DNA from: Raja brachyura
Taxonomy: Eukaryota
NCBI GenBank assembly: GCA_963514005.1
Contig: OY740790.1
Location: 12,214,001 to 12,278,000 of the forward strand
DNA: 64,000 nt
Reading direction: 5' to 3'
In this document: positions 38,774 to 49,138 of the stretch, piece by piece
Numbering within the stretch: position 1 is the stretch's first letter
Layout of the letters: each line of letters starts with the position of its first letter
Notes under the pieces: model-generated
Told to the model about the DNA's origin: nothing
Database searches by the model: none
Seen by the model: the letters and a program-made list of their open reading frames with translations, nothing else
Translations under genes and position numbers: made by a program

Positions 38774-38985
38774 GTGGGTGTATGGAACGAGCTGTCAGAG
38801 GAGGTAGTGGAGGCAAGGACTATCCCAACATTTAAGAAACAGTTAGACAGGTATATGGATAGGTTAGGTTTGGATGGATATAGACCAAATGCGGGCAGGT
38901 GGGACTGGTATAGCTGGGACATGTTGGCTGGTGTGGGCAAGTTGGGCCGAAGGGCCTGTTTCCACACTCTATGACTCTATGACTA
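38774..38985 (+). mobile_element. CR1-family 3' end with (CTATGA)n tail; similar copies at about 54935-55258 and 57860-58065
   Basis: VGVWN.L.EEVVEA.TI.TFK.QLD C-terminus followed by the conserved 3' UTR. Confidence 0.75.
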
Positions 38986-40487
38986 GATAATGTACAGCCT
39001 GTGACAATTGCAAGAGGGAGGGTAAAAATTGTTAGCGATAAATTATTGTTTTATTAGCAATCCTGATGTGTATTCTGGAAGACTAACCTTTTCTTTGTTT
39101 TCATTCCTAGTCCAATTGTTATCCCCAACTTCTGACAAGGTTTATTGACTTGGACAAAAGCTATTGTTTCAATTCTCAAATTCTTCCGGTTTACTGATGA
39201 TCATTGAAGTTAATTTCAGTGCTAGTTCACAGAGTCCTCTTGCAGCCATCAGTCTCACCCCACAGGAGATAAGGCTAATCTCAGGACACTGTCATGGCCA
39301 GGATTGTTCAAGGCAAGGAATGTTAGGCTTGCGAGTCCCTTTGACCTTGAGTTCTGCACATTTTGTGTGGATTTCTGCTTCCCTTCTCTTTCTGCGAGAC
39401 ACGTTATTTTCCTTCATCGTTTGGCCAGTGACTATTTTTTCTTACCATTGTGCTGCCAGAAAAATATGAGTTGTTATTTACAGTTCCTGCAGGCCTTGTT
39501 TGTTTTGTTTCATACCATCTGTCCATGAAGCTAGGATTTAAATTATATCCCAAATCATTTTATAGCCTTCCAGTCCCAACATGATAGAACAACTTTTGGT
39601 TCTAACCACAGATCTTATTTTCTTGTAGAACATCGCAGGTGACTGCTCCATAGTGATTGTGAGCAAAACAATGGAGCAAGCTGTTGTTTTGTGCAAAGAG
39701 CGCCGACTGGTCTGTAATTTTGGGGCGGTCTCTACCACTGGCATTTCTGCCAGATTTCCTGATCGTGGGTTCATGTGAAGATAAACTAATCTCATGTTCA
39801 TGTTGCTGTTAGTAATCCCGTCTCATGCTCATGTTCCTAGTTCATGTGAATACAACCAAAAGCAGCAGTAGTTGGCCAGAGGGTCCATTGAGTCTGCCTT
39901 GCCATTCAATGAAATCATTTAATCTTGACCTGCAAACCTACTCCTTTTCCATTTCTAATTCTTGACTCCCTGTGTGACCAAAAATCGGTCCCAGACTTAA
40001 ATCTATTTCATTGTTCATCTCTCCAGGATAGACATTTCCAAATGATGAAATAGCATGGCCCATGTTGGGCTGTGTCATCTTGTAACAATCACAGGAGCTA
40101 TAAAAAGCTGTACAATGATCAGGATACCTTTTGTTTAATGATCAGAAGGATTAGTCTCTTCATATTGCCTTTGGGAGAGGCTACAAAAAGGTTTTAAATG
40201 CAAATTCGTCCATCTTTTCCTGGAACCTGCACTAATGAAATTCCGATACTTTCTTTTGGCCCTTGCTCTTCCTTGAGTTACGTAATTCCTTCTGCAGGGG
40301 CATCTCACACTTTATGACGGAACCACTTGGTCTCACCATCTGACATTTACTGATCTGTGAATGGCAAGTGTGGATTCTGTTCCAACTCATTATATCTGTG
40401 CAAACCAATGCAAAAGTTTATGAATATGAATTGTCTCAATTGAATTTAGCTCCTTCGAGCCAGCCAATGAATAAAAAAGCCGAAAAA

Positions 40488-40665
40488 ATAGACACAAAAT
40501 GCTGGAGTAACTCAGCGGGACAGGCAACATCTCTGGAGAGAAGGAATGGGTGACGTTTTGGGTCGAGAACAGTCTGAAGAAGGGTCTCGACCCGAAACGT
40601 CACCCATTCTTTCTCTCCAGAGATGCTGCCTGTCCCGTTGAGTTACTCCAGCATTTTGTGTCTAT
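40488..40665. repeat. Palindromic pair of Penelope pLTR ends with a central hammerhead motif (40574-40601)
   Basis: Arms of about 80 bp are near-perfect reverse complements; CTGAAGA-AGGGTC-TC-GACCC-GAAACGTC. Confidence 0.8.
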
Positions 40666-40875
40666 CTTTGATTTAAACCAGCATCTGCAGTTCCTTCCCA
40701 CACATAAAAAAGCAGGATAAGGTAAGCGACTGGATTTGCAACAAAAAAGCTAATTTACAGGAAAAGCAGTGCCGTTTTATAGTACAAATAAAACTCAATA
40801 ACAAAAATTACATCCATCACGCCCAAGGAAATAAGGGCAATTTCTCCAGGAAAATGGACTAAACACAAGATTGTT

Positions 40876-41385
40876 TAGTTAGATATTTGTTACGTGTACC
40901 GAGGAACAGTGAAAAACTTTTGTTGCGTGCTAACCAGTCAGCGGAAAGACAGTGAATGATTACAATTGAGCCATTCACAGAGTACAGATACATGATAAAG
41001 GGAATAACCTGAATAATGGTTAGTGCAAGATAAAGCCAGTAAAGTCCAATCAAAGATAGTCCAAGGGTATCCAATAAAGTAGGTAGTAGATCAGCACTGC
41101 TCTCTGGCTGTGGTAGGATGGTTCAGTTGCCTGATAACAGCTGGGATGAAATTCTCCCTGAATCTGGAGGTGTGCGTTTTCACACTTCTATAACTTTTGC
41201 CCGATGGGAGATGGGAGAAGAGAGAGTGGCCAGGGTGTGACTCATCATTGATTATGCTGCTGGCCTTGCCGAGGCAGCGTGAGGTATAAATGGAGTCAAT
41301 GTTTTATGATGGTCTGGGCAGCATCCACATTTCTCTGCAATTTCTTGCGGTCTCGGATGGAGCTGTTCCCAAGTCATGCTGCGAT
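40876..41385 (-). mobile_element. Rex/Babar LINE 3' end; similar copy at about 55600-56170
   Basis: C-terminal coding remnant (KLQR.VDAAQ.I..SIYTSRCL.KASSII) plus the shared 3' UTR. Confidence 0.7.
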
Positions 41386-43147
41386 AGTTCCAAACTAATC
41401 AGCCGAACCATACTTCCAGACTAATCATATTCATAGGCTGTGTAAGAACAGTTTCAGCCGTTTACAGGGGTGTGGTCAGAAGATTTGATTGGCAGCAGAT
41501 TCACTTTCCACTCTGTTTCTAATAGTATCGTAATTCTGGAAATAACCCTGTGGTCATGCACTTTCCTGTCATTGTTCAGTTCAGTTTTCAGCCCTGGTTT
41601 GAACTGTGAGAAATAAATCATATCTGCTGTCATAGTCAGGAGGTTGGCATTGCCTGAGTAGACCCATGAGAGGAAAACAATGAATCTGATCACAATCTTG
41701 AATAAGAAATTATGTTCACTAGAGGCCTGGCAAATCACAGTTTCACAAAGTTTTTAGAACAGCAAATGGCTCTGTTCTTCCTTTGTTTGGATGAGTCACT
41801 GAGACAAGATCATAAGGTCATAAGGTCAAGGAATAGGAGTAGTATTAGGCCATTCGGCCCATCAAGCCCACTCCACCATTCAATCATGGCTGATCTATCT
41901 CTCCCTCTTAACCCCATTCTCCTGCCTTCTCCCCATAACCTCTGACACACGTACTAATCACAAATCTATCTCTGCCTTAAAAATATCCACTGTCAGCCAC
42001 AACAGCCCTCCACAGGCAAATAATTCCACATATTCACCACGCAGCTCATTCCTTATGGTAAGAATCCAAGCACACCGAGTGGACATCTTTGCCTTTATCT
42101 ATTCAGCCAGTTACAAGTTACTGTCTCCGAGTGACAACCTAAAACGAGAAGTTACAACGGCAAAAAACTTCCAGTAATTTATCAAACGTTTAGTCTTTTA
42201 TAAATCCACATTGACTGCTGGATATTATTATATTATTATGTTTCCGCTCCCTTAGTATTAGATTCTACCATTTGTGCTGCGACTGATGTCAGACCATTTA
42301 GTTAACAGTTCCCTGTTTATTCTCCTCTTATTGATCACTGCTCTCACTCTCTCCTATTTGTCTGTGGGAACGGTTCCAGTATCTGTGGAATTTTGGAAGC
42401 TGCCAGCTGAGGCATCCACTATCTCCATGTCGACTTATTTCAAGAACCTGGCCTGCAGGTCATCAGGATTTATTCGCTTTCTGTGCCATTGATCTGCCTA
42501 ATACTACTTATAGCTAATGTTATTTATTCAAACTCCTTGTTCATTTGGCACTGCTTTTCCCGACTATTTCCATCTTCTTCTGTGAATATAACTACAAAAT
42601 ATTTCAGTCCTTTCCAATTCTCCCAATATAATTTACATGTGTAGGGAGGAACTGCAGATGCTGGTGAAAACCGAAGACAGACAAAATGTACATGTCTCAT
42701 CTGTAAAGTCGTTAACTTTGGCTAACATTTTCCTCTTCATATAACGACAGAAGTTTTAACAATGTATTTTTATATTTCTTGTTAAACCACCCATGTAACA
42801 CTGATCATGCCTTCCCCAAAAGAGGTCCCTGTGATCAAGAAACTTGAATCCCTGCCCACTGAACCAGTCCCTCAGCCACGCATTTATCCTCCACCTCATT
42901 CCATTTCTACTCTCAGTCACGTGGCACAGGCAGTAATCCTGAAATTGTTACTCTTTTGGTCCTTCTCCTTAACTTTCCCCCCAACTCCCTAAATTCTCCT
43001 TTCAGGACCTCTTCCCTTTTTCTGCCGATGTCATTGGTCATTTTGCATTAATCTATTTTCTCTATCCTTTTATATTTCTTGGTGTAGTTTGTAATTGTCC
43101 TTGAACTCAGGATTTTTTTCTGGCAACATTATAAACCCTTTTACATT

Positions 43148-43288
43148 CTTCTTCTTCTTGCATATGGCGTGCACAGCCTAAAGTTGTAGGACAACTTGTT
43201 CTATTTGATCTTACTTGATTGCACACGCCAGGTTGATTGCATTCATCGAAACAGGGCGGACCACGTGAAGGTTGCAATCTCCCACCCC
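43148..43288 (-). mobile_element. Short retroposon, copy B, with 5' HDV-like ribozyme and (GAA)n tail
   Basis: Homologous to 16261-16392; imperfect TSD cttttacatt (43138-43147) / cttttccatt (43290-43299). Confidence 0.8.
43235..43288 (-). ncRNA. HDV/CPEB3-type ribozyme; all helices intact, catalytic C changed to T at a CpG
   Basis: P1 GGGGUGG/CCGCCCU (G1-U wobble), P2 GAUUGCA/UGCAAUC, P3 ACC/GGU, L3 UUCACGU, then GU, UUCGA and UGAA. Confidence 0.75.
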
Positions 43289-44142
43289 ACTTTTCCATTG
43301 GTCAGCCACAGCTGGGCCACCTTCTCTATTGGTTTGACTCCATGTCCCATTTGTCTGCCTCACCCATTCTTATCTGCACCCATAGGATGATGCAACACTT
43401 GTTCCTATACCTTCTCCCTCACCACCGTCCAGGGCACCAAACAGCAGAGATTCACATGCACCCCCTCCAACCTTGTCTATTGCATTTGGTGCTCACAACG
43501 TGGCCTTCTTTACACTGGAGAGACTAAGCGTAGACGAGGTGAGCGCTTACACACTGACTGCAATGACCATCTTGAACTCGCAGTTTTATTTGCCAGAGGC
43601 CAGTGGGGATTACTATTGGAGGTACTCCAGCTCATCAACATCTTCTTGAGGCAGTTAAAGCAAAGCAGTAAATGACAGGGGAGTAGAATAGTCGAGTCTT
43701 TAAATTCCTTTGACGATGAATCCCTCCTCCCAAAAATCCCAGATAAATAAAATAAAGAAATAAAAGAAAACGTGATCCGGGTATTCAGAGGCTGAGGATA
43801 TACTTAATGAACTTCCTAAAGTAGCAAACAATCTTAAACAGAACTTCTACCTTACTTGTGTGCGGTCCAAATCTAATCTGGGTACGGACAACACTATGTG
43901 ATGACATACCAGCCTAAGGGTACATTTTACTTCGGAGTCACGTGAGTGACTACGTGAAGAAGCCCCGCCTGGCGCTGGATCGGCATTACGTCGACGCTAT
44001 CGGCAGAGAAAGAGCTGCAGAGCGCAGCTCCACACAGCGGTAGGGAACTGGCCCGCAGGTAAGAGAGTTTTCAAAATTTAGGGCAAGGTTCCAGAACTCC
44101 GTAGCCTGGTGGGTAAACCAGGAGGAGTTAGCAAAAAACAAA

Positions 44143-47100
44143 ATGGAGAAGGCCAAAAAACAGCGGGTAAAACGTGCGTCCCGGGCTGATGAGTCGGGAC
44201 AAGAGTTTATTGCGGAGCCGGTTCCGATACCGGTCGCCGTTGAAATACCCGTTAGTGAGGCTTTGACTGCTCCACAAACAGAAACTTTGGAGGAAAACCC
44301 AGTGCCTAAAAAATGTAAAAGAAAATCTGAAAGGCCTGTGGGTTCTGATGAATCTGATTCAGAAGGTCCAGAAAGAAAAGCCTTATGGCTCAGAATGGAC
44401 CAAATGGAGAAAATGCTCCTAACTATTATCAACCAAGGGTCTAAGAACCCAGAATATTCCCAGGCAGCCCCTGAGGGGGTTCCATATCAAGAATATGGTG
44501 CCAGTTTGAATTGGGAATTTGAAACTCCAGTGCCTGCGATTGGACTGGAGGAAGTCTCCTTTGAACAAGTTTCAGGAGTACCAGGGCTGTATGAGACAGA
44601 CCCTGAAAGTGGTGATTGCGGTCCGGAGTACACACCACAATACAATTATATGGATCCAGGTGTGCCTGATGTGGCACAAAGTTTTGCTATACCTGGAGGA
44701 GGCGGTGAGGCCATGGAAGATAACCTGGCGGCCAATATTAATTATATGGTCTCTCACCCGCTTCAAGAAGCTGTTATGGTTGAGACAGCAGAAATGTATA
44801 AAACACCTATCAATTGTGCCTCATTGAAGGTACCTACGGTGAATCCGGCTGTTTGGGCGCCAATGTCATCGATAATGCGGGCGCAGGAGATTCGATTTCA
44901 AAGAGTCCTCAAGCTGATTTCAGCTGGCATTACTGCATTTGGTAGACAAGTGGAAGGTTGTGGAATGACCATAGTGCAGAGACATATGTTGGCCTTATTT
45001 TGCAACTCATTTTTTGAGATAAATTGCATGAGGAAGATTGCCATTCGGCCTCTGTTACATCCAAGATTTGCAGGGTTGTGTAAACCAAGCAATGTTCAAA
45101 CTCCTGGTTATTTGTTCGGAGGGGATTTGTCTAAGCAAATTAAAGAAATGGATGAAGAGGCAAAGACTTTTGGTCGTATGAAACCCTTCAGCTTTGGCCA
45201 GAGATGGACTGGCTATATGAAAAGGGGATTTGATTTTGGAGCTGGTACAAGCCGAGGCAGGAGTATGATAAGGAAAAATTTCCAGCCAACACAGCCGAAT
45301 GTACGCCCATTCATTGGGAAAAGGAGATCATTTCGTCCAGTTGGAGAGGTACATAAACATTATCCTATTAAAGAGGAATGTTGGGATGAGCCACAGATTG
45401 GTGGTAGACTCCAAATGTTTTATAAGGAATGGGACAATATAACAGTTGATCGTGTTGTATTAGACACTGTGCTAGGATCTACCATTGATTTTGTGGAAGG
45501 TATGGATCCATTGGGACAGAATGAGCCTAGTCATTCTTTGATGTTCTCAGAGCTTGAGAAAATTCAAATTGACAAAGAGATTAAGAATTTGAGTAAAAAA
45601 GGAGTTATTGAGAAAACAGGAGAGGATCCACAACAATTTGTATCAAACATTTTCCCCAGACCAAAGAAAGATGGGGGTTGTAGGATCATTTTAGATCTCA
45701 CACTTCTGAATACATTTGTCCAGTATAAACATTTTAAAATTGACACATTCTACACTGCAATGCAGTTGGTATCAACAGGCTGTTATATGGCTACAATAGA
45801 TTTGAAGGATGCATATTATTCGGTCCCAATTCATCATAGTTTTCGCAGGTATTTAAAGTTTAAATGGATGGGACAGCTGTGGCAATACAAAGCTTTGCCT
45901 AATGGATTAAGGTCAGCACCTAGATTGTTCACTAAATTGTTAAAGCCAGCAGTTGCACTGCTAAGGGCACAAAAACACATCGTTATGGCTTATCTAGATG
46001 ACATTTTAATTGTCAATGCTAATCAGGAATCAGCTGAAAAATCAGTCTCAGCAACTATTAGCTTGTTTGAGAAGTTGGGTTTCCTGATCTATCCAACAAA
46101 ATCTAAGTTACAGCCATCCCAAACCATTGAATATCTGGGGTTTGTGATTAACTCAGTTACCATGTTGGTAACTTTACCAATGGATAAGGTGTTAGATTTG
46201 ACAAATGTGTGTCAAAACCTGATTAACAAACCTTATCCCTCCATCCGAGAGGTTGCCAAGGGTATTGGTAAATTGGTAGCAGCATTTCCAGCAGTAGAGT
46301 TTGCTCGTCTACATTACCAAAATCTTCAAAGGGCAAAAACTAAAGCGCTAATTCAGCGAGCAGGCCATTTTGATAGGCCAATGCAATTGCCTAAGGAAGC
46401 TTTATCAGAATTACATTGGTGGATTGAGAATGTTCCACAAGCTGCTAAGAACATTTTAGTTCATCAGCCAGTCGTGTTTTTACAAACTGACGCAAGTTCT
46501 CTCGGATGGGGGGCTACGGATAATGAGACCAGCTGTGGAGGCAGATGGGCTGTCCAAGAGGATTTGTTGCTCCAAACATATGGTATTAATTATTTGGAGC
46601 TACTGGGAGCATTTTATGGATTAAAAGCTTATTGCTCTTCATTAAAGGATTTGCATGTCCAAGTACAAATAGATAATACCACAGCTGTGGCATATATCAA
46701 TCACATGGGTGGTGTCAGATCAATATCATGTGATCATCTGGTAAACCAGATATGGCAATGGTGTATGGCAAAAAATATTTGGCTTTCAGCTATTTATCTC
46801 CCGGGGAGAGACAATGTTGTGGCAGACAAAAGATCACAAATATTTAAAGACAATACAGAATGGATGTTAAATCCACAAATTTTCAAAAATATTGTCAGTC
46901 GGTATGGAGTACCGGACATTGATCTGTTTGCATCTAGATTGAATCACCAATTGCCGAAATACGTGTCTTGGGAACACGATCCAGGGGCAGTAGCGGTGGA
47001 TGCTTTCTCGCTACACTGGGGGAATACGTTCTTTTATGCTTTTCCCCCATTCTGTCTCATTGGGCAATGTCTCAAGAAAATAGCGCAAGACGCTGCCAAA

Positions 47101-47274
47101 GGCATTTTGGTGGTGCCAAATTGGCCCACGCAGTCATGGTTCCCATTGATGCTAAAAATGATTATTGAACCATGTATGACAATTCCCAGTTGCGACTATC
47201 TGTTGACACAACCAGTAACAAAAGAAATTCATCCATTGCATGATCATATGAATTTGTTAATCTGCAGGTTCTGA
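44143..47274 (+). CDS. DIRS Gag-RT-RNase H-adenine-methyltransferase-like polyprotein, 1043 aa
   Basis: RT: KKDGG.R.ILDL, DLKDAY, LPNGL.SAP, YLDD. RNase H: TDAS, INYLEL, DNTTAV, N..AD..S. MTase-like: DLFAS..N, DAF..W, YAFPPF. Confidence 0.93.
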   Translation: MEKAKKQRVKRASRADESGQEFIAEPVPIPVAVEIPVSEALTAPQTETLEENPVPKKCKRKSERPVGSDESDSEGPERKALWLRMDQMEKMLLTIINQGSKNPEYSQAAPEGVPYQEYGASLNWEFETPVPAIGLEEVSFEQVSGVPGLYETDPESGDCGPEYTPQYNYMDPGVPDVAQSFAIPGGGGEAMEDNLAANINYMVSHPLQEAVMVETAEMYKTPINCASLKVPTVNPAVWAPMSSIMRAQEIRFQRVLKLISAGITAFGRQVEGCGMTIVQRHMLALFCNSFFEINCMRKIAIRPLLHPRFAGLCKPSNVQTPGYLFGGDLSKQIKEMDEEAKTFGRMKPFSFGQRWTGYMKRGFDFGAGTSRGRSMIRKNFQPTQPNVRPFIGKRRSFRPVGEVHKHYPIKEECWDEPQIGGRLQMFYKEWDNITVDRVVLDTVLGSTIDFVEGMDPLGQNEPSHSLMFSELEKIQIDKEIKNLSKKGVIEKTGEDPQQFVSNIFPRPKKDGGCRIILDLTLLNTFVQYKHFKIDTFYTAMQLVSTGCYMATIDLKDAYYSVPIHHSFRRYLKFKWMGQLWQYKALPNGLRSAPRLFTKLLKPAVALLRAQKHIVMAYLDDILIVNANQESAEKSVSATISLFEKLGFLIYPTKSKLQPSQTIEYLGFVINSVTMLVTLPMDKVLDLTNVCQNLINKPYPSIREVAKGIGKLVAAFPAVEFARLHYQNLQRAKTKALIQRAGHFDRPMQLPKEALSELHWWIENVPQAAKNILVHQPVVFLQTDASSLGWGATDNETSCGGRWAVQEDLLLQTYGINYLELLGAFYGLKAYCSSLKDLHVQVQIDNTTAVAYINHMGGVRSISCDHLVNQIWQWCMAKNIWLSAIYLPGRDNVVADKRSQIFKDNTEWMLNPQIFKNIVSRYGVPDIDLFASRLNHQLPKYVSWEHDPGAVAVDAFSLHWGNTFFYAFPPFCLIGQCLKKIAQDAAKGILVVPNWPTQSWFPLMLKMIIEPCMTIPSCDYLLTQPVTKEIHPLHDHMNLLICRF

Positions 47275-48242
47275 CCAGACCATTGCAAGAGTTTGAACTG
47301 TCGGACAGGACCATGGATGTTATAGATGCAGCTTGGAGGACTAGCACTAAAAAACAATATATGTCGCATATAAGGAAATGGGAAGCTTTTTGTACACAGT
47401 CAAAGATATCTTATCATACTGCAAACATTTCAAATGTATTGGAGTTCCTTGCTGGGTTACACTTTGATGAGCATTTGAGTTATAGTGCCATTAATTGTGC
47501 TCGGAGTGCATTGTCATCCTATTTAGGACAAAATTCGGATTGGGATTCAGTTGGGTCTCACCCATTAGTATCCCGATTCATGAAAGTTATTTTTAATAAA
47601 AATCCTCCCAAGCCCAGATATACAGAAATTTGGGATGTTAGCATTGTTCTCACTTTGCTTAAACAATGGACTCCAATTAATTCAATGTCTTTGCAGAAAT
47701 TAACATTCAAGGTGGTTATGTTAATGGCATTGGTATCAGCTCAAAGAGTACAAACTTTGCAATTGTTAAGGTTGGATTGCATGCATGTGAATACAGATAA
47801 CATTGTGTTTTATGTTTATGACTTGATCAAACAAAGCAGACCAGGAAGAACTGGAATGAAGGTAATGTTTAAAGCATATCCTGTTGATGAAACATTGTGT
47901 GTAGTTAAGCATTTAACTCAATACATTGAGGTAACCAAAAATCTCAGAGGTTCTGAGAAAGCGTTATTGATAACACACAAAAAAACACATACAAAAGTTT
48001 CAGTTCAAACCATTTCTAGATGGTTAAAACAGGTTTTGGGTCTAGCAGGAATAGACACTGATGTGTTTAAATCTCACTCCACTAGGGCAGCAGCTACGTC
48101 CGCAGCGAAGGTACAGGACGTACCACTCGATCAAATTTTAGAGGCCGCAGGGTGGTCTAGAGAAGAAACTTTTTCAAAGTTCTACAATAAACCTGTTGTC
48201 ACGGTGCCAGGATTTGGACACGCAGTACTGGGTTCTCTTTAA
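47268..48242 (+). CDS. DIRS tyrosine recombinase; first ATG at 47313, homology extends upstream to the acceptor at 47267/47268
   Basis: SAQRVQTL (R), SHSTR (HxxR), AGWS and TF.KFY (Y) catalytic motifs intact. Confidence 0.9.
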   Translation, partial: VLTRPLQEFELSDRTMDVIDAAWRTSTKKQYMSHIRKWEAFCTQSKISYHTANISNVLEFLAGLHFDEHLSYSAINCARSALSSYLGQNSDWDSVGSHPLVSRFMKVIFNKNPPKPRYTEIWDVSIVLTLLKQWTPINSMSLQKLTFKVVMLMALVSAQRVQTLQLLRLDCMHVNTDNIVFYVYDLIKQSRPGRTGMKVMFKAYPVDETLCVVKHLTQYIEVTKNLRGSEKALLITHKKTHTKVSVQTISRWLKQVLGLAGIDTDVFKSHSTRAAATSAAKVQDVPLDQILEAAGWSREETFSKFYNKPVVTVPGFGHAVLGSL

Positions 48243-49138
48243 ATGCTTGCTTTGTTTATATTATCGATTTATGTTACCATTGACATCATTTATCAATTAT
48301 TTTGTAATTTTCCCCTGCGATAGAGGGGTTATTATTAAAAAAGTTGTTCTTTTTATAATTAAAGGACTTATTACCTAAATTGTAACAATGTGTTAAAATA
48401 CTATTTACTCACTACTGTTTTGACTAAACAGAGTCGTATGAAATGAATTTACGACATAAAAAACACAGAGCTTTAAAATCTTCACGTAGTCACTCACGTG
48501 ACTCCGAAGTAAAATAGTGAGATTAACCAAGAACTTACCTGTTCGAAGTTTGATCTTTATTTTATGAGGAGTTACGATGAGGGATTACGTGCCCTCCACT
48601 CCCAACCCTCATAATGTAAATGATCTTCTGGTAGTTCTAGTCTATTTTGAGCCTTTCTATTTTACTCCGGCTATTGGTTCTGTGTTTTTCATGCCGCTGC
48701 TTTGAAGTATGCCGATCCAGCACCAGGCGGGGCTTCTTCACGTAATCCCTCATCGTAACTCCTCATAAAATAAAGATCAAACTTTGAACAGGTAAGTTCT
48801 CGTTTAATCTCACTATTGCATAAAAAACAGACACCCTTACATTTATCAGCCCATGTTTGATGCCCTTCTAGGTCTGGTTGCATGTAGGCGCGGATTGCTT
48901 CATTTTCAGAGGAGTCAACAATGCAATTGAATATTGTAGTGCCATGAGTGATAGTTCTCACTTCTGATATGTGGCTGTAGTCTTGCTGAGCTGTATGCAA
49001 AAATATTTCACTGTACCTGGTACATGTGACAATGAAGAAACTATTGAACCATTGAACCATTAACCTTATGATGTACCAGCTGAAGAGAGGTCGTCTTGGG
49101 ACACTGTCCTCTAATTCCTCATGTGCTTTGCCTGGAAT

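Larger units (their letters stand above)
43924..48817 (+). mobile_element. Full-length DIRS1-type tyrosine-recombinase retrotransposon (element 1)
   Basis: Inverted terminal repeats (43951-43986 vs 48709-48744); internal complementary region at about 48479-48591 matching both termini; ATT at both ends; intact ORFs. Confidence 0.95.
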
